The notes: a model not told the origin generated them from the sequence alone. DNA of 64,000 bases from an uncultured Acidimicrobiales bacterium (GCA_943788915.1 CALSSD010000006.1:62001-126000); one strand, 5' to 3'. Positions 28,784 through 40,383 are shown, counted from the first letter of the stretch. Made by a program: numbers and translations.

Positions 28784-31700
28784 TGCCTCGCCGCGATGAT
28801 ATTTCGAGCATCCTGCTGATTGGTTCTGGTCCAATTGTGATTGGCCAGGCCTGTGAATTTGACTACTCGGGCACCCAGGCATGCCGAGTGTTACGAGACG
28901 AGGGTTACCGAGTCATCCTGGCGAACTCGAACCCGGCCACGATCATGACCGACCCCGAGTTCGCCGACGCGACCTACATCGAGCCGCTCACACTCGAAGT
29001 GCTGACCGAGATCATCAAGGTCGAGAAACCCGATGCGCTCCTGCCAACACTCGGCGGCCAAACTGCGCTGAACCTGGCCATGGAAGCGGTCGAGGCCGGG
29101 GTGCTCGACGAGTACGGCGTCGAGCTCATCGGCGCCGACGCCGAAGCAATTGCCACCGCCGAGGACCGTGAACGATTCAAGATCGCCATGATCGAGATCG
29201 GTCTTGAGGTGCCGCTGTCGGCATCAGCCCGAGGCACCGGCGACACCAAACAGGAACAGCTCGAAACGGGTATGGCCAAGGCCCGAGAAGCTGTCGAGAC
29301 GATTGGACTGCCAGTCATCATCCGCCCGGCGTACATCCTTGGCGGCAAGGGCACCGGCTTCGCCCACACCATGGAAGAATTCGAGTTCGTGGCCAGCCAC
29401 GGCCTCGAATCGAGCCCCATTTCTGAGATCCTGATCGAAGAATCGATCAAGGGCTGGAAAGAATTCGAACTCGAGGTCATGCGTGACCATGCCGACAACT
29501 GCGTGGTTGTGTGTGCGATCGAGAACCTCGACCCCATGGGTGTCCATACCGGCGATTCGATCACGGTTGCGCCAGCGCAGACGCTGACCGACGTCGAATA
29601 CCAGAAGATGCGCGACGATGCCTTCGCTGTCATGCGCCGAGTCGGCGTCGAGACCGGGGGCTCGAACGTGCAGTTCGCTGTTGACCCCGTCGATGGCCGC
29701 CAGGTTGTCATCGAAATGAATCCCCGTGTGAGTCGTTCCTCGGCGCTTGCGTCCAAGGCAACCGGCTTCCCGATCGCCAAGATCGCGGCCCGGTTGGCTG
29801 TTGGGTACACACTCGACGAAATCCCGAACGACATCACCGAGAAGACCCCGGCGAGTTTCGAACCAACCATCGACTATGTCGTCACCAAGATTCCTCGGTG
29901 GAACTTCGAGAAGTTCAGCGGCACACCGTCGGTACTCGGATCGCAGATGCAAGCCGTCGGCGAAGTTATGGCCATCGGTCGGACCTTCACCGAGTCGTTG
30001 CAGAAGGCCCTGCGTTCACTCGAACTTGGCCGGTTCGGGCTCAACTGTGATCCAGGCGAGGCGCTCCTCGACGACGTGCCAATCGACGAACTGCTCGCAC
30101 AGTCAGCCATCGGTACGCCTGAACGGATCTGGGAACTCGAAGCCGTGCTCCGTCGGGGTAAGACGGTCGACGAGGTCTACGAAGCGACCAAGGTTGACCC
30201 GTGGTTCCTCGATCAGATGCTGGTGATTTCTGAAGAACGGGCTCGTCTCGAAGCTGTTGGATTCGCGGCCATGGGTCGGGCTGACTGGCGCCGGGCCAAA
30301 CGCCATGGATTCAGCGACGAACAGCTTGCGTACCTGTGGCAGGTCGAGCTCACTACTGTCCGTGCCGCTCGCCGGGAAGCAGGTGTCTTCCCCACATATA
30401 AGACCGTAGATACCTGTGGCGCCGAGTTCGAAGCCGACACGCCGTATCACTACTCGACATGGGAAGACGACAGCGAGGTTGCGCCCAGCGATCGTCCCAA
30501 GGTCATTATCTTGGGATCGGGGCCGAATCGCATTGGTCAGGGCATCGAGTTCGACTACTGCTGCGTCCACGCCAGCTTCGCACTTCGCGACGCCGGTTAT
30601 GAGACCATCATGGTCAACTGCAATCCCGAGACGGTGTCGACCGACTACGACACCAGCGACCGGTTGTATTTCGAACCGCTGACCTACGACGATGTCATGA
30701 ACATCATCGAGGCCGAGATCGCTTCAGCCGAAGCCGGTGGCGGCCCAGGTATTGCCGGCATCATCGTGAGCCTTGGTGGCCAGACACCACTGAAACTGGC
30801 TGGTGAACTACCCCGTGAGCTGATTGCCGGCACAAGCCCGGACTCAATCGACCTGGCCGAGGACCGCGAGCGGTGGAATGCGCTGTGTGAACGACTCGAC
30901 ATAGCGCAACCTCCGGGCGGCACTGCGACCACCGTCGAAGAAGCTATTGCCGTGGTCAACAAGGTCGGATACCCGGCACTTATGCGCCCGTCGTATGTCC
31001 TTGGCGGCCGGGCCATGACCATCGTGCACGACGAGCAAGGCTTGCGCGATGCAATGGCCGAACTCGCCTCGATGGGTTCGTTGGGACGCGAGGGCGGTCT
31101 ATCCGCAGAACGCCCGGTGCTTGTCGATCGATTCCTCGAAGATGCGATCGAAGTCGATGTTGACTCGATTCGTGACAGCACCGGTGAAGTACTCATCGGC
31201 GGGATCATGGAACACGTCGAAGAAGCCGGTGTGCACTCTGGTGATAGCGCGTGCATGATTCCACCGCAATCGCTGCCGCCGCAAACAATTGCTGACCTCG
31301 AAGCGGTGACCGCAGCGCTTGCTACGGAGCTCGAAGTCATTGGGCTGCTCAACGTGCAGTTCGCAGTCACCAACGATGGGGGAGAACGCAATATCTATGT
31401 GCTCGAAGCCAACCCTCGTGCATCGCGTACCGTGCCGTTTGTGGCCAAGGCAACGGGGCGTCCGTTGGTGAAGATCGCAACCCGGGTCATGCTGGGTGCG
31501 AGCTTGGAAGAACTGCGCTCCGAAGGCATGCTTGGCGATATCGCCCCTGGCGACCATGTTGCGGTCAAAGAAGCTGTCTTGCCGTTTAACCGCTTCCCCG
31601 AGAGCGACCAGTTACTCGGTCCAGAAATGCGCAGTACGGGCGAAGTTATGGGTATCGACTTGGGAGTCGGCCTGGCATTCGCCAAGAGCCAGATTGCTGC

Positions 31701-32157
31701 GGGTACCAAGATGCCAGACGCTGGCGCGATCTTCTTCAGCGTGGCCGACCGCGACAAGGCAATGGGCATCGAGGCGGCCCGTAGTTATGCCGAACTGGGT
31801 TTCGACATCATTGCGACCGCAGGCACAGCTGCTGCCCTTCGGGCCGAGGGCGTCGAGGTAGCCGGTGTTGCCGCAAAGGTCGGAGCGCCAGCCGGCGAAC
31901 ATGATGGCAGCGTGTCGCTTCCCGACGCGGTCGAACTGATTGAAAAACAGCGTCTGGTCATGGTGATCAACACACCACGGGGCCGTGGTGCTCATGCCGA
32001 CGGCGATTACATCCGCCGGGCTGCGAGTCGAGCTGGTTTGCCTCTGTTTACGACAATTGCCGCTGCCCGAGCTGCGGCCAACGGCATCGCTGCGCAGCGG
32101 GAACACCCACTGGTCGTGCGTCCGCTGCAGGCATACCACCGAGGCGTACATCTATGA
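28783..32157 (+). CDS. carB: carbamoyl-phosphate synthase large subunit
   Basis: [17 protein letters not shown], two ATP-grasp halves, MGS-like C-terminus. Confidence 0.98.
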   Translation: MPRRDDISSILLIGSGPIVIGQACEFDYSGTQACRVLRDEGYRVILANSNPATIMTDPEFADATYIEPLTLEVLTEIIKVEKPDALLPTLGGQTALNLAMEAVEAGVLDEYGVELIGADAEAIATAEDRERFKIAMIEIGLEVPLSASARGTGDTKQEQLETGMAKAREAVETIGLPVIIRPAYILGGKGTGFAHTMEEFEFVASHGLESSPISEILIEESIKGWKEFELEVMRDHADNCVVVCAIENLDPMGVHTGDSITVAPAQTLTDVEYQKMRDDAFAVMRRVGVETGGSNVQFAVDPVDGRQVVIEMNPRVSRSSALASKATGFPIAKIAARLAVGYTLDEIPNDITEKTPASFEPTIDYVVTKIPRWNFEKFSGTPSVLGSQMQAVGEVMAIGRTFTESLQKALRSLELGRFGLNCDPGEALLDDVPIDELLAQSAIGTPERIWELEAVLRRGKTVDEVYEATKVDPWFLDQMLVISEERARLEAVGFAAMGRADWRRAKRHGFSDEQLAYLWQVELTTVRAARREAGVFPTYKTVDTCGAEFEADTPYHYSTWEDDSEVAPSDRPKVIILGSGPNRIGQGIEFDYCCVHASFALRDAGYETIMVNCNPETVSTDYDTSDRLYFEPLTYDDVMNIIEAEIASAEAGGGPGIAGIIVSLGGQTPLKLAGELPRELIAGTSPDSIDLAEDRERWNALCERLDIAQPPGGTATTVEEAIAVVNKVGYPALMRPSYVLGGRAMTIVHDEQGLRDAMAELASMGSLGREGGLSAERPVLVDRFLEDAIEVDVDSIRDSTGEVLIGGIMEHVEEAGVHSGDSACMIPPQSLPPQTIADLEAVTAALATELEVIGLLNVQFAVTNDGGERNIYVLEANPRASRTVPFVAKATGRPLVKIATRVMLGASLEELRSEGMLGDIAPGDHVAVKEAVLPFNRFPESDQLLGPEMRSTGEVMGIDLGVGLAFAKSQIAAGTKMPDAGAIFFSVADRDKAMGIEAARSYAELGFDIIATAGTAAALRAEGVEVAGVAAKVGAPAGEHDGSVSLPDAVELIEKQRLVMVINTPRGRGAHADGDYIRRAASRAGLPLFTTIAAARAAANGIAAQREHPLVVRPLQAYHRGVHL

Positions 32158-32233
32158 GCCCCAACTCGATCTGTAACGCTCAGTTCGCGGTATTCGCGGT
32201 TTTAGCGTCACAGATGCGGCAGGGGCGGTAGCG

Positions 32234-33181
32234 GTGGGTCTGTTTCGCAAACGGATTCGTCACACGACCACCGATATGACCGTGACTGTTGGCTCTGTCG
32301 AGCTCGCGTCGCCGATTATGGCGGCGTCTGGCACCGCTGGCCATAGCACGGAGCTGGCTGCGTATTTCGAACTCAGCGATGCGGGAGCGATCGTAGTGAA
32401 GTCGCTTCTTCACGAACCGTGGGCTGGGAATCCGGCACCACGCGTGCACTCCACCGACGCAGGGATGATCAATAGTGTTGGTCTCCAAGGTCCCGGTGTT
32501 CAGGGTTGGATCGATCATGATCTCGATCCGCTCATCACTGCTGGAGCCCGCATCGTGGTGAGTATCTGGGGTCGGTCGATCGATGAATACCGCCAGGCCG
32601 CAGAACTGCTTGCACCGGTTGCAGGGTTTCTGACTGCAGTTGAAGTGAACGTCTCCTGCCCAAACGTCGAGGACCGCGACCGCATGTTCGCCCATTCGGC
32701 CGAGGCCACCCACGATGCGATGGCGGCAACCGACATCCTCGATGTGCCTCGGTGGGCCAAGCTCAGTCCGAACCTTGCCGACATCGTGCCAATCGCCGAT
32801 GCCGCCCAACGGGGCGGGGCCGAAGCGGTGACCGTGGCCAACACCATGATTGGCTTGGCTATCGACGTCGAGACCCGCAAACCTCGTCTCGGCAAGGGAC
32901 GAGGCGGCCTGTCGGGTCCCGCTATTCGTCCGATCGCGGTCCGAGCAGTGAACGATGTCGCGAATGCACTGCCTGAACTTCCCGTGATTGGTTGTGGCGG
33001 AATCGTCCATGGCATCGATGCAATCGAGTTCATGCTCGCTGGCGCGTGTGCTGTGCAAGTCGGGACAGCAACTTTTGCGGATCCACGCGCGGTAGTGCGG
33101 ATTCGTGATGAGATGGCCCAGTGGTGTGAACTACACGACGTGACCGAGGTCAGTGCCCTGGTGGGCGCGCTCGAAAAGTAA
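32234..33181 (+). CDS. pyrD: dihydroorotate dehydrogenase, class 1 catalytic subunit
   Basis: AASGT, NSVGLQGPG, EVNVSCPN, KLSPN, GGLSGPAIRP. Confidence 0.94.
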   Translation: MGLFRKRIRHTTTDMTVTVGSVELASPIMAASGTAGHSTELAAYFELSDAGAIVVKSLLHEPWAGNPAPRVHSTDAGMINSVGLQGPGVQGWIDHDLDPLITAGARIVVSIWGRSIDEYRQAAELLAPVAGFLTAVEVNVSCPNVEDRDRMFAHSAEATHDAMAATDILDVPRWAKLSPNLADIVPIADAAQRGGAEAVTVANTMIGLAIDVETRKPRLGKGRGGLSGPAIRPIAVRAVNDVANALPELPVIGCGGIVHGIDAIEFMLAGACAVQVGTATFADPRAVVRIRDEMAQWCELHDVTEVSALVGALEK

Positions 33182-33208
33182 GCCATCCCAAGAGAGGACC
33201 CCCCAATA

Positions 33209-33907
33209 ATGTCGTCCGAAGAAGCACTCGCTGCGATACGCCCAAAACTTGCGATCGCACTTGATGTCGACGATCTGATCGTGGCTCGGCGTCTCGCAGC
33301 GTCGGTTACCGACTATTTCGGAGTAGCCAAGGTCGGCCTGGAACTTTTCTCGGCCGCTGGTCCTGAAGCCATCGGTGTCATGCAGGATCTGGGCATGGAG
33401 GTCTTTCTTGATGTCAAACTTCATGACATCCCCAACACGGTTGGCAAGGCTGGCCGGGTGTTGGGTGCACTTGGCGCCAAGTACCTGACCATGCATGCCC
33501 GGGGTGGTGAAGACATGCTCAAAGCAGGGGTCGACGGCCTCAACGCTGGCGCCGAAGCGGCGGGCCTTGATGCCCCGATTGGACTTGCCGTCACTGTGCT
33601 CACGAGCGACGCAGGTGCACCGTCGCACATCGTTCCCCGTCGGCTGCGTATGGCCATGGAATCTGGTTGCGGTGGGATCGTATGCGCTGCCGAAGATTTG
33701 AGCGATGCTCGAACGATCGCTCCCCGGTTGGTTCGGGTAGTCCCTGGTATCCGACCAGAAGGTGTTGCAGCCGACGATCAGGCCCGCGCAGCTACGCCAC
33801 AGCAAGCGCTCGATGGCGGTGCTGACCTCCTGGTCATCGGTCGTGCTGTCACCAACGCCGACGACCCCGAGGAAGCTGCAGCCAAGCTGGCACTCAGCCT
33901 CCTATGA
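33209..33907 (+). CDS. pyrF: orotidine-5'-phosphate decarboxylase
   Basis: KVGLELF, FLDVKLHDIPNTV, VTVLTS, PGIRP, VIGRAV. Confidence 0.96.
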   Translation: MSSEEALAAIRPKLAIALDVDDLIVARRLAASVTDYFGVAKVGLELFSAAGPEAIGVMQDLGMEVFLDVKLHDIPNTVGKAGRVLGALGAKYLTMHARGGEDMLKAGVDGLNAGAEAAGLDAPIGLAVTVLTSDAGAPSHIVPRRLRMAMESGCGGIVCAAEDLSDARTIAPRLVRVVPGIRPEGVAADDQARAATPQQALDGGADLLVIGRAVTNADDPEEAAAKLALSLL

Positions 33908-34209
33908 GCGACCAAACCATGGCCTTTGACCGGGCGTCCGAAGCCCGTGAAGCGATCGCTGCAAGCATCGCAGCCGTCCGCTCGGGCGAGGCTGACCTGT
34001 CGGCGGCATTCGCTGCGGCTGATGCTGACCCGTTGGTGGGTCGATGTTTTGCGGTCAAGGTGTTCGAGGCCGTTCCCGGGATCGGCAAGGTGCGTGCTCG
34101 GCGCACGATGGCTGATCTTGGCCTCGCAGAGGACATCTGGCTTCATCAGGTTCCGGCCGACAAGCGGGCCGCAATCACCGCCGCGTTTGCCGGCCCAGGA
34201 CCGCTCTAA
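33904..34209 (+). CDS. divergent actinobacterial integration host factor (mIHF)-like H2TH protein
   Basis: FEAVPGIGKVRARRTMADLGL H2TH core; sits at the usual mIHF locus after pyrF. Confidence 0.7.
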   Translation: MSDQTMAFDRASEAREAIAASIAAVRSGEADLSAAFAAADADPLVGRCFAVKVFEAVPGIGKVRARRTMADLGLAEDIWLHQVPADKRAAITAAFAGPGPL

Positions 34210-35027
34210 GGCGCCTTCGGCGACGCTCGTCCACCGCCACCGAAGGTGCCGGTGGAATCCCATGGGCGTCCGTCGAATCGGTACGGCTGGGTGAAGGCTC
34301 GGTCCCGTGCCGCAGGAAAGCGACGGACCAGGAGCGCTGTCGCTGCGCCAAACACGAAACCGCCGACATGGGCCATCCAGGCGACCTGGCTATCGGCGCC
34401 AATGAAGAATTGGCTGATGAGCCAGAAGCCAAGCCACCATTTCGCCTTGACCCGCCACAACACCAGGAAAATGAACGTACGAATTGGGGCATTCGGGAAC
34501 CACACTGCATACGCGCCCATGGTCGCTGCAACAGCACCGGATGCGCCAACGATAGGGACGATGCTGTCGGGCTGCACTGCGATATGGGCGACCGTGGCAG
34601 TGATCCCGCCGACGAGATAGAAGATGAAGTAGCGGGCCGTTCCAAGATGATCCTCAACATTGTTGCCAAACAGCCACAGAAACCAGACATTGCCAAGCAG
34701 GTGCATCCACCCGCCGTGCATGAACATCGAGAAGATCACGGCCACTCGTTCCGGTTTGTTTGGGAACAGGGGTAATCCAGTGGGATCAAGGTCACACGCG
34801 GTGTCGTTGCCCCGTTCATAGAGCTCGCGGACTTCGATCAGGGTGATGCCGCTGCCCGTCACAACTTCGCACGGAATTGCTGCAAACTCAAGCGTGATAT
34901 CTCGTTCGGTGTTTTGGGGGTCAGCCATACCCTGCGGTCCGAAGAAGACGGCCACGTTAAGCACGATAAAAATGATCGTGACCCACGCTGTTCGTGTCGT
35001 TGGGTTGTCGTCTTTCAGCGGAAACAC
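34206..35027 (-). CDS. rhomboid family intramembrane serine protease
   Basis: FPLKDDNP start, SMFMHGGWMHLLGN, GASGAV catalytic Ser, AHVGGF catalytic His. Confidence 0.92.
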   Translation of the reverse strand: MFPLKDDNPTTRTAWVTIIFIVLNVAVFFGPQGMADPQNTERDITLEFAAIPCEVVTGSGITLIEVRELYERGNDTACDLDPTGLPLFPNKPERVAVIFSMFMHGGWMHLLGNVWFLWLFGNNVEDHLGTARYFIFYLVGGITATVAHIAVQPDSIVPIVGASGAVAATMGAYAVWFPNAPIRTFIFLVLWRVKAKWWLGFWLISQFFIGADSQVAWMAHVGGFVFGAATALLVRRFPAARDRAFTQPYRFDGRPWDSTGTFGGGGRASPKAP

Positions 35028-35138
35028 AGGACCACCGTACGCGCTTGGGGTCGGACCGGCTGAGGCAACGAACCACGATTTGAGCACGTTCAGGAAAATG
35101 TGTGCCGTGGCTGTGATAGCACCGCCTAGCCTTGCGGG

Positions 35139-36653
35139 GTGGCCCGCTTTTACGGAACGACCCCGATCTTCTACGTCAATGACGCTCCCCATGTCGGGCA
35201 TGCGTATACCGCGCTCAATGTCGATGCAGTGACACGATGGCATCGTTTGCTGGGCGACGAGGTCTTCTTCCTCACCGGAACCGACGAACATGGTCTCAAG
35301 ATCCAGCGGTCAGCAGAAGAGGCTGGTCGGACACCGATCGAACAAGCCAACGAGAATTCGGCCCGGTTCCAAGAAGCATTCCAGCAGCTCAACCTGGCCA
35401 ACGACGACTTCATCCGTACCACCGAACCTCGGCATCACGAAGCCGTGCAGACGCTGCTCCAGCGGGCGTACGACAACGGCTTCATCTACGAAAGCACCTA
35501 CGAAGGCATGTATTGCGTGGGCTGCGAGGCGTACTACAACGAAGACGAACTCGTCGATGGTGACCACTGTCCGATCCATCATCGCCCCGTCGAGCAGCTG
35601 AGCGAAGACAATTACTTCTTCAAGCTGTCGGCATTCCAAGAACGTCTAGAGCAGTGGTTCGAGGCGATTCCCGACAACATCACCCCGTCGCAATACCGCA
35701 ACGAAGCCGAAGGGCTCCTTCGGTTAGGCCTCGACGACGTGTCGATGACCCGGACCTCGATCGACTGGGGTATTCCGGTCCCGTGGGATGACAAACACGT
35801 CTTCTACGTGTGGTACGACGCACTTATTAACTATGCAACAGCAGTCGGTTACGGGGCGGATCAAGAACGTTTTGATACCTGGTGGCCAGCGACCCACCAT
35901 TTCATGGCCAAGGACATTCTGCGATTCCACACGATCTACTGGCCGGCCATGCTCATGGCGGCCGGTGTGGACATCATGCCGAAGTTCCACATCCATGGTT
36001 ATCTCCTGCTTGGCGGCGAGAAGATGTCAAAGAGCGGCAACGTCACCCAGGTGTCGCCTGGCGAAATGATCGCAGACTTCGGTGTCGACGGATTCCGTCA
36101 CGCATTGCTGCGTGGCCATCCTTTCGGCCCCGATAGCGAATTCAGCTACGAAGGCATGTTGTCCCAGTACAACACCGACTTGGCCAACAACTACGGCAAC
36201 CTCGTCAGTCGCGTCGCCACAGTTGTTGGGAAGAAGTGCGGGGGAGTGGGCCCTGCCCCCAGGGCTGACTCATCGCTCGCCCCAATCGTGGCAGAGGCAT
36301 ACGCCGACACCGCAGCGGCCTGGGAACGGGTTGCGCCGTCGGTTGCCCTCGAGGCAACGTGGCGCATCGTGCGGGATACAAACGAGTATCTGCAAGAACA
36401 CGAACCATGGAAGATGGAGCCAGGTCCTGAGGTCGACGCGGTGATGGGTGATGCGCTCGAAGCGTTGCGTATCGCCACGATCCTTGCGTGGCCGTCGATA
36501 CCTGACTCGTCCGAAGCTGTCTGGAAGCGACTGGGCATGACCGGCACGGTCGAAGAACAACGACTACCCGAAGCAGCCACCTGGGGTGGGTATCCCGGCG
36601 GACTGTCGGTTGAAATGGGCGACCCGTTGTTTCCTCGCCTCAAGCTGTCGTGA
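35139..36653 (+). CDS. metG: methionine--tRNA ligase
   Basis: PHVGH, GTDEHG, CVGCE...CPIH knuckle, YVWYDAL, KMSKS. Confidence 0.97.
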   Translation: MARFYGTTPIFYVNDAPHVGHAYTALNVDAVTRWHRLLGDEVFFLTGTDEHGLKIQRSAEEAGRTPIEQANENSARFQEAFQQLNLANDDFIRTTEPRHHEAVQTLLQRAYDNGFIYESTYEGMYCVGCEAYYNEDELVDGDHCPIHHRPVEQLSEDNYFFKLSAFQERLEQWFEAIPDNITPSQYRNEAEGLLRLGLDDVSMTRTSIDWGIPVPWDDKHVFYVWYDALINYATAVGYGADQERFDTWWPATHHFMAKDILRFHTIYWPAMLMAAGVDIMPKFHIHGYLLLGGEKMSKSGNVTQVSPGEMIADFGVDGFRHALLRGHPFGPDSEFSYEGMLSQYNTDLANNYGNLVSRVATVVGKKCGGVGPAPRADSSLAPIVAEAYADTAAAWERVAPSVALEATWRIVRDTNEYLQEHEPWKMEPGPEVDAVMGDALEALRIATILAWPSIPDSSEAVWKRLGMTGTVEEQRLPEAATWGGYPGGLSVEMGDPLFPRLKLS

Positions 36654-37414
36654 CCTCGACCGACGTCGAATGGATCGACAATCATTGCCATCTCGGCGAC
36701 GATGCTGCAGAAGCGATTGCTGTCGCGAACCAGGCTGGTGTCACCAAATTCATCGATGTCGGCTGTGACCTAGCAACTTCGCAGGGTTGTGTAGACAGGG
36801 CAGCGGCATTCGACCGGGTATACGCCACGGTAGGGCTGCATCCGCACGAGGCGAAACACGGGCTCGACGGCCTCGAAGCACTGCTGCGGGCACCAAAGGT
36901 GATTGCCGTTGGAGAATGCGGACTTGATTACCACTACGACCATTCGCCTCGGCAGACGCAACGAGATATGTTCGCAGCGCAAATCTCACTCGCCCACCGG
37001 TACGAACTGCCACTGGTGATTCATACTCGCGAGGCGTGGGACGAGACGTTCGAGATTCTCGACACCGAAGGTGTTCCCGACCACACCATCTTTCACTGTT
37101 TCACCGGCGGCCCGGACGAGGCTGCTGCTGGTGTGGAGCGTGGAGCGTGGTTGTCGTTTAGCGGCATCGTGTCGTTTACGTCGGCTGCCGATGTCCAACA
37201 GGCAGCAGTCGAGTGCCCCATCGACAAGCTGTTGGTCGAGACGGATTCGCCGTATCTTTCGCCGGTTCCACATCGGGGAAAACCGAATCAGCCAGCGTGG
37301 GTCGGGGTTGTCGGGGAAGCAGTCGCGTCGCTTCGCAGCGAGCCAGTGACCGACATCGCAATGGCCACTTGGAGCAACACCCATCGGGCTTATCCGGGGC
37401 TCAACCTTAGATAG
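36650..37414 (+). CDS. tatD: TatD family hydrolase
   Basis: DNHCHL, GLHPH, GECGLDY, IHTREA, HCFTG, ETDSPYL. Confidence 0.95.
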   Translation: MTSTDVEWIDNHCHLGDDAAEAIAVANQAGVTKFIDVGCDLATSQGCVDRAAAFDRVYATVGLHPHEAKHGLDGLEALLRAPKVIAVGECGLDYHYDHSPRQTQRDMFAAQISLAHRYELPLVIHTREAWDETFEILDTEGVPDHTIFHCFTGGPDEAAAGVERGAWLSFSGIVSFTSAADVQQAAVECPIDKLLVETDSPYLSPVPHRGKPNQPAWVGVVGEAVASLRSEPVTDIAMATWSNTHRAYPGLNLR

Positions 37415-37578
37415 CCGCATGATTCCAATGAGTTTGTCGACTCTTGTGATGAAATCGTGACTGCGGCCACACCTGCGCCCGCCAACGCGTATGTTGCGGT
37501 TACATTACGGGGCTTCAGTGAACGCGACCTGAGCCGGCTGGTTTTGGACGTATGCTCTGGTGCGAAGAGACCTCTGCC

Positions 37579-38659
37579 ATGAAAACCGCTTTCAAGAAAC
37601 TACTCGTAGGAGTAAACATCCTGGTCGTCGTTTGTGCTGTGCTTTTTGCACCTCGGCTTGTTGGGCCAGGCGAAACGACGGACGTGGCAACGCTAAGCGC
37701 TCCCCAGATCAGCGGACTCTCGGATCCGGCGATTCCCATCCCGACCGAAATCCAGTTGGAACCAGCGTCTCAGTTGGTCGGGGACAGCCCTACTGCACCA
37801 CCGGTGCCAACCGCTCTGCCAGCAGCAGTAATCGTTTCAGCGCAGGCGATTGAGCCAGCGGCCACCACTGAGCCGACGTTGGAGCCATCGCCTACGCCCC
37901 AAGCTCAGCCAATCGTCGAGGAGTCGGCTGTTGTTGGGTCGGCCGAGCCGACTGTTGAGGCGACTGTTGAGCCGACGCCCGAGCCGACGCCCGGAGCCGA
38001 CTGTTGAACCAACGCCTGAGCCGACGCCTGAGCCGACGCCTGAGCCGACTGTTGAACCAACGCCTGAGCCGACGCCTGAGCCGACGCCTGAGCCGACGCC
38101 TGAGGCGACGCCTGAGCCGACATCAGAACCCGCAGCATCGTCGCAGATCGAGAACGCATGGATGTTCGTGCTCTCGAGCAACGGGATTAATGTGCGGTCC
38201 ACACCCGCAGGCCAAATCTTTAGTGCGGTCACATCAAGGTCACAGGTCCATGTGACAGGCAAGGTCGTCATCGCTGGAGACCATCAGTGGGCCGAGATTG
38301 ACGTCCCCGTGTCTGGTTGGGTTGCCTTGTCCTTCTTGACTTTTGATCAACCGGTGCCAACCGTTGACCCAGGGCCTCATTCGGTTCCTAGCGAGCCGCC
38401 AACGGCTGCTGACTGGGCGGCATTACGGCTCTGTGAATCGAGTGGGAACTACAACATTGTCGATTGGAGCGGTCTGTACCACGGCGCGTATCAGTTCTGG
38501 CAGCCGACGTGGGACCGCGTGGCCCGAAGCTACTGGCCGGAACTGGTTGGCGTGCTGCCGTCGCAGGCCACACCCGCCGACCAAGACAAGATGGCAAACC
38601 AACTCTTCGAACTCGAAGGTGACAAACCTTGGCCCGTATGCGGCCTCCACCTCCGTTGA
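37579..38659 (+). CDS. resuscitation-promoting-factor-type transglycosylase with P/T/E linker and SH3b-like domain; one frameshift (~37993)
   Basis: N-terminal TM; (EPTP)n; INVRSTP...WAEI...GWVA; WAALRLCESSGNY...YHGAYQF...TW Rpf domain; between tatD and rsmA. Confidence 0.85.
37944..38121 (+). repeat. coding 12-bp tandem repeat (GAGCCGACGCCT and variants) encoding an EPTP/EPTV linker
   Basis: Directly visible tandem units. Confidence 0.9.
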
Positions 38660-39495
38660 GCGCTGAGCCCAGCCAGCATGGCGCTAAGGGCACAGCCGAC
38701 TTGCTCGCGCGATTCGGACTGCACCCTGATAAATCGCTGGGGCAACACTTCCTTGTCGACCCCAATCAGATTGACCGTATAGTTCGGCTCGCCCGGGTCA
38801 AACCTGGTGATCACGTGGCGGAGGTAGGTCCGGGTCTGGGTGCACTTACGGCTGGCCTTGTGAGTGCCGGCTGCACTGTCGTGGCTGTTGAGGTCGACGA
38901 TGGTCTTGTCGAGGCTCTTCGGGCCCAGTTCGGCACGAATGATGCAGTTCGGGTTGTGCACGAAGACGCCTTGAAAGTGGACTGGGATCAGGTCACGCCC
39001 GCCGACAAGTCGTGGGCAATGGTTGCGAACCTTCCCTACAACGTTGCTACACCGCTCGTTCTCGACGTGTTGGACGACGTTCCTCAGATCACATCCCTAC
39101 TGGTGATGGTCCAACGCGAGGTCGCAGAACGCCTTGTCGCAGGGCCTGGCTCCTCAACCTACGGAATCCCTTCGGTCAAGGTGGCCTATTGGGCCACCGG
39201 TGAGCTGGTCGCCAAGGTGCCAGCGTCGGTCTTCCTGCCGCCGCCGAGAGTCGAATCGGCCCTCGTGCGCCTGGTACGTCACGAACAACCGCGCTACGAC
39301 GAACCAATCGGCCCGGTGTTTGAGCTGGTGCGAGCTGCGTTCGGAAAACGACGCAAGATGTTGCGAAAGTCCTTGTCCGGACTCGTGACCCCCGAGCAGT
39401 TTGATGCAGCCGGCGTTGCGTCCGACAGCCGACCGGAACAGATTGGTGTCGAGCAATGGTGTGCGTTGGCCAAGGCCAGGCGTCTCGCCAGCTAA
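38656..39495 (+). CDS. rsmA: 16S rRNA m6,2A1518/1519 dimethyltransferase
   Basis: KSLGQHFL, EVGPGLG, VANLPYN, MVQREVA, FGKRRKMLR; TTG start overlaps the upstream stop. Confidence 0.95.
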   Translation: MSAEPSQHGAKGTADLLARFGLHPDKSLGQHFLVDPNQIDRIVRLARVKPGDHVAEVGPGLGALTAGLVSAGCTVVAVEVDDGLVEALRAQFGTNDAVRVVHEDALKVDWDQVTPADKSWAMVANLPYNVATPLVLDVLDDVPQITSLLVMVQREVAERLVAGPGSSTYGIPSVKVAYWATGELVAKVPASVFLPPPRVESALVRLVRHEQPRYDEPIGPVFELVRAAFGKRRKMLRKSLSGLVTPEQFDAAGVASDSRPEQIGVEQWCALAKARRLAS

Positions 39496-39504
39496 CCTGC
39501 GCGG

Positions 39505-40212
39505 GTGCTCCCCGACGTCGCCACATTGTTCGCTCCGGCCAAACTTACGCTCTCGTTACGGGTCACCGGCATACGTTACGACGGCATGCATCTGATTGAT
39601 GCCGAAATGATCACACTGGATTTCGGCGACACACTTGAGATGTCGGCAGGCACAGGTGTGGAATACACAGGTACCTACGATGGCGAGGGTGACGGTTCCG
39701 ATCTGGTGTCGCGTGCTCTGGCCCTGGTTGGTGCACAACGGCAGATCCATGTCACGAAGCGGATTCCGCCAGGGGCTGGATTGGGTGGGGGATCCTCAGA
39801 CGCCGCTGCCATTCTTCGGGCAGCGGGGTTTGACGACGCGGCAGCAGCGGCACGCATAGGGGCCGATGTCGCTTTCTGTTTGGCAGGCGGTCGGGCTCGC
39901 GTCACCGGCATAGGTGAACTCGTCGAGCCACTGCCGTATGTGCCAACAACGGTGACGTTGCTCACGCCGCCGCTGCACTGCAGCACGCCCGCGGTGTATC
40001 GGGCGTGGGATGACATGGGCGGACCGGCAGGTGATAACGGCAACGACCTTGAGGATGCGGCGGTGATGGTCGAGCCCAAACTGGCCGTCTGGCGCGACCG
40101 TTTAAGCGATCATTCCGGTCGTCGTGCACGGTTGGCTGGCAGCGGCTCAACGTGGTTCGTCGAGGGCGCGTTCCCTGGCGACCACATGCTGGTTGCTACG
40201 GCGACGCGTTGA
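39505..40212 (+). CDS. ispE: 4-diphosphocytidyl-2-C-methyl-D-erythritol kinase (short form)
   Basis: APAKL, KRIPPGAGLGGGSSDAA, GADVAF, NDLE, GSGST. Confidence 0.92.
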   Translation: MLPDVATLFAPAKLTLSLRVTGIRYDGMHLIDAEMITLDFGDTLEMSAGTGVEYTGTYDGEGDGSDLVSRALALVGAQRQIHVTKRIPPGAGLGGGSSDAAAILRAAGFDDAAAAARIGADVAFCLAGGRARVTGIGELVEPLPYVPTTVTLLTPPLHCSTPAVYRAWDDMGGPAGDNGNDLEDAAVMVEPKLAVWRDRLSDHSGRRARLAGSGSTWFVEGAFPGDHMLVATATR

Positions 40213-40383
40213 GTCCCGCACTCTGTGTTGCTCATTGAGGGCGCGGTAATCACGGCCTAGCATGAGTCGCATACTCCACGTCGCGCAGACTCACCGAGAT
40301 TTGCGGTGCGCAAACCAAGCCGTTGGACGATGCGTGGCAGAGTGACACGTCGAAAACGACGGGTGTTTGGCTGAAGTGGCGGC

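Noticed and set aside
37445..37505. MtrA/CRP-like site upstream of the rpf gene (GTGAT-N6-GTGAC)
   Set aside because: Too short and degenerate to support without comparative data
37944..38121. Possible CRISPR or non-coding satellite
   Set aside because: 12-bp units encode the EPTP linker of the Rpf protein
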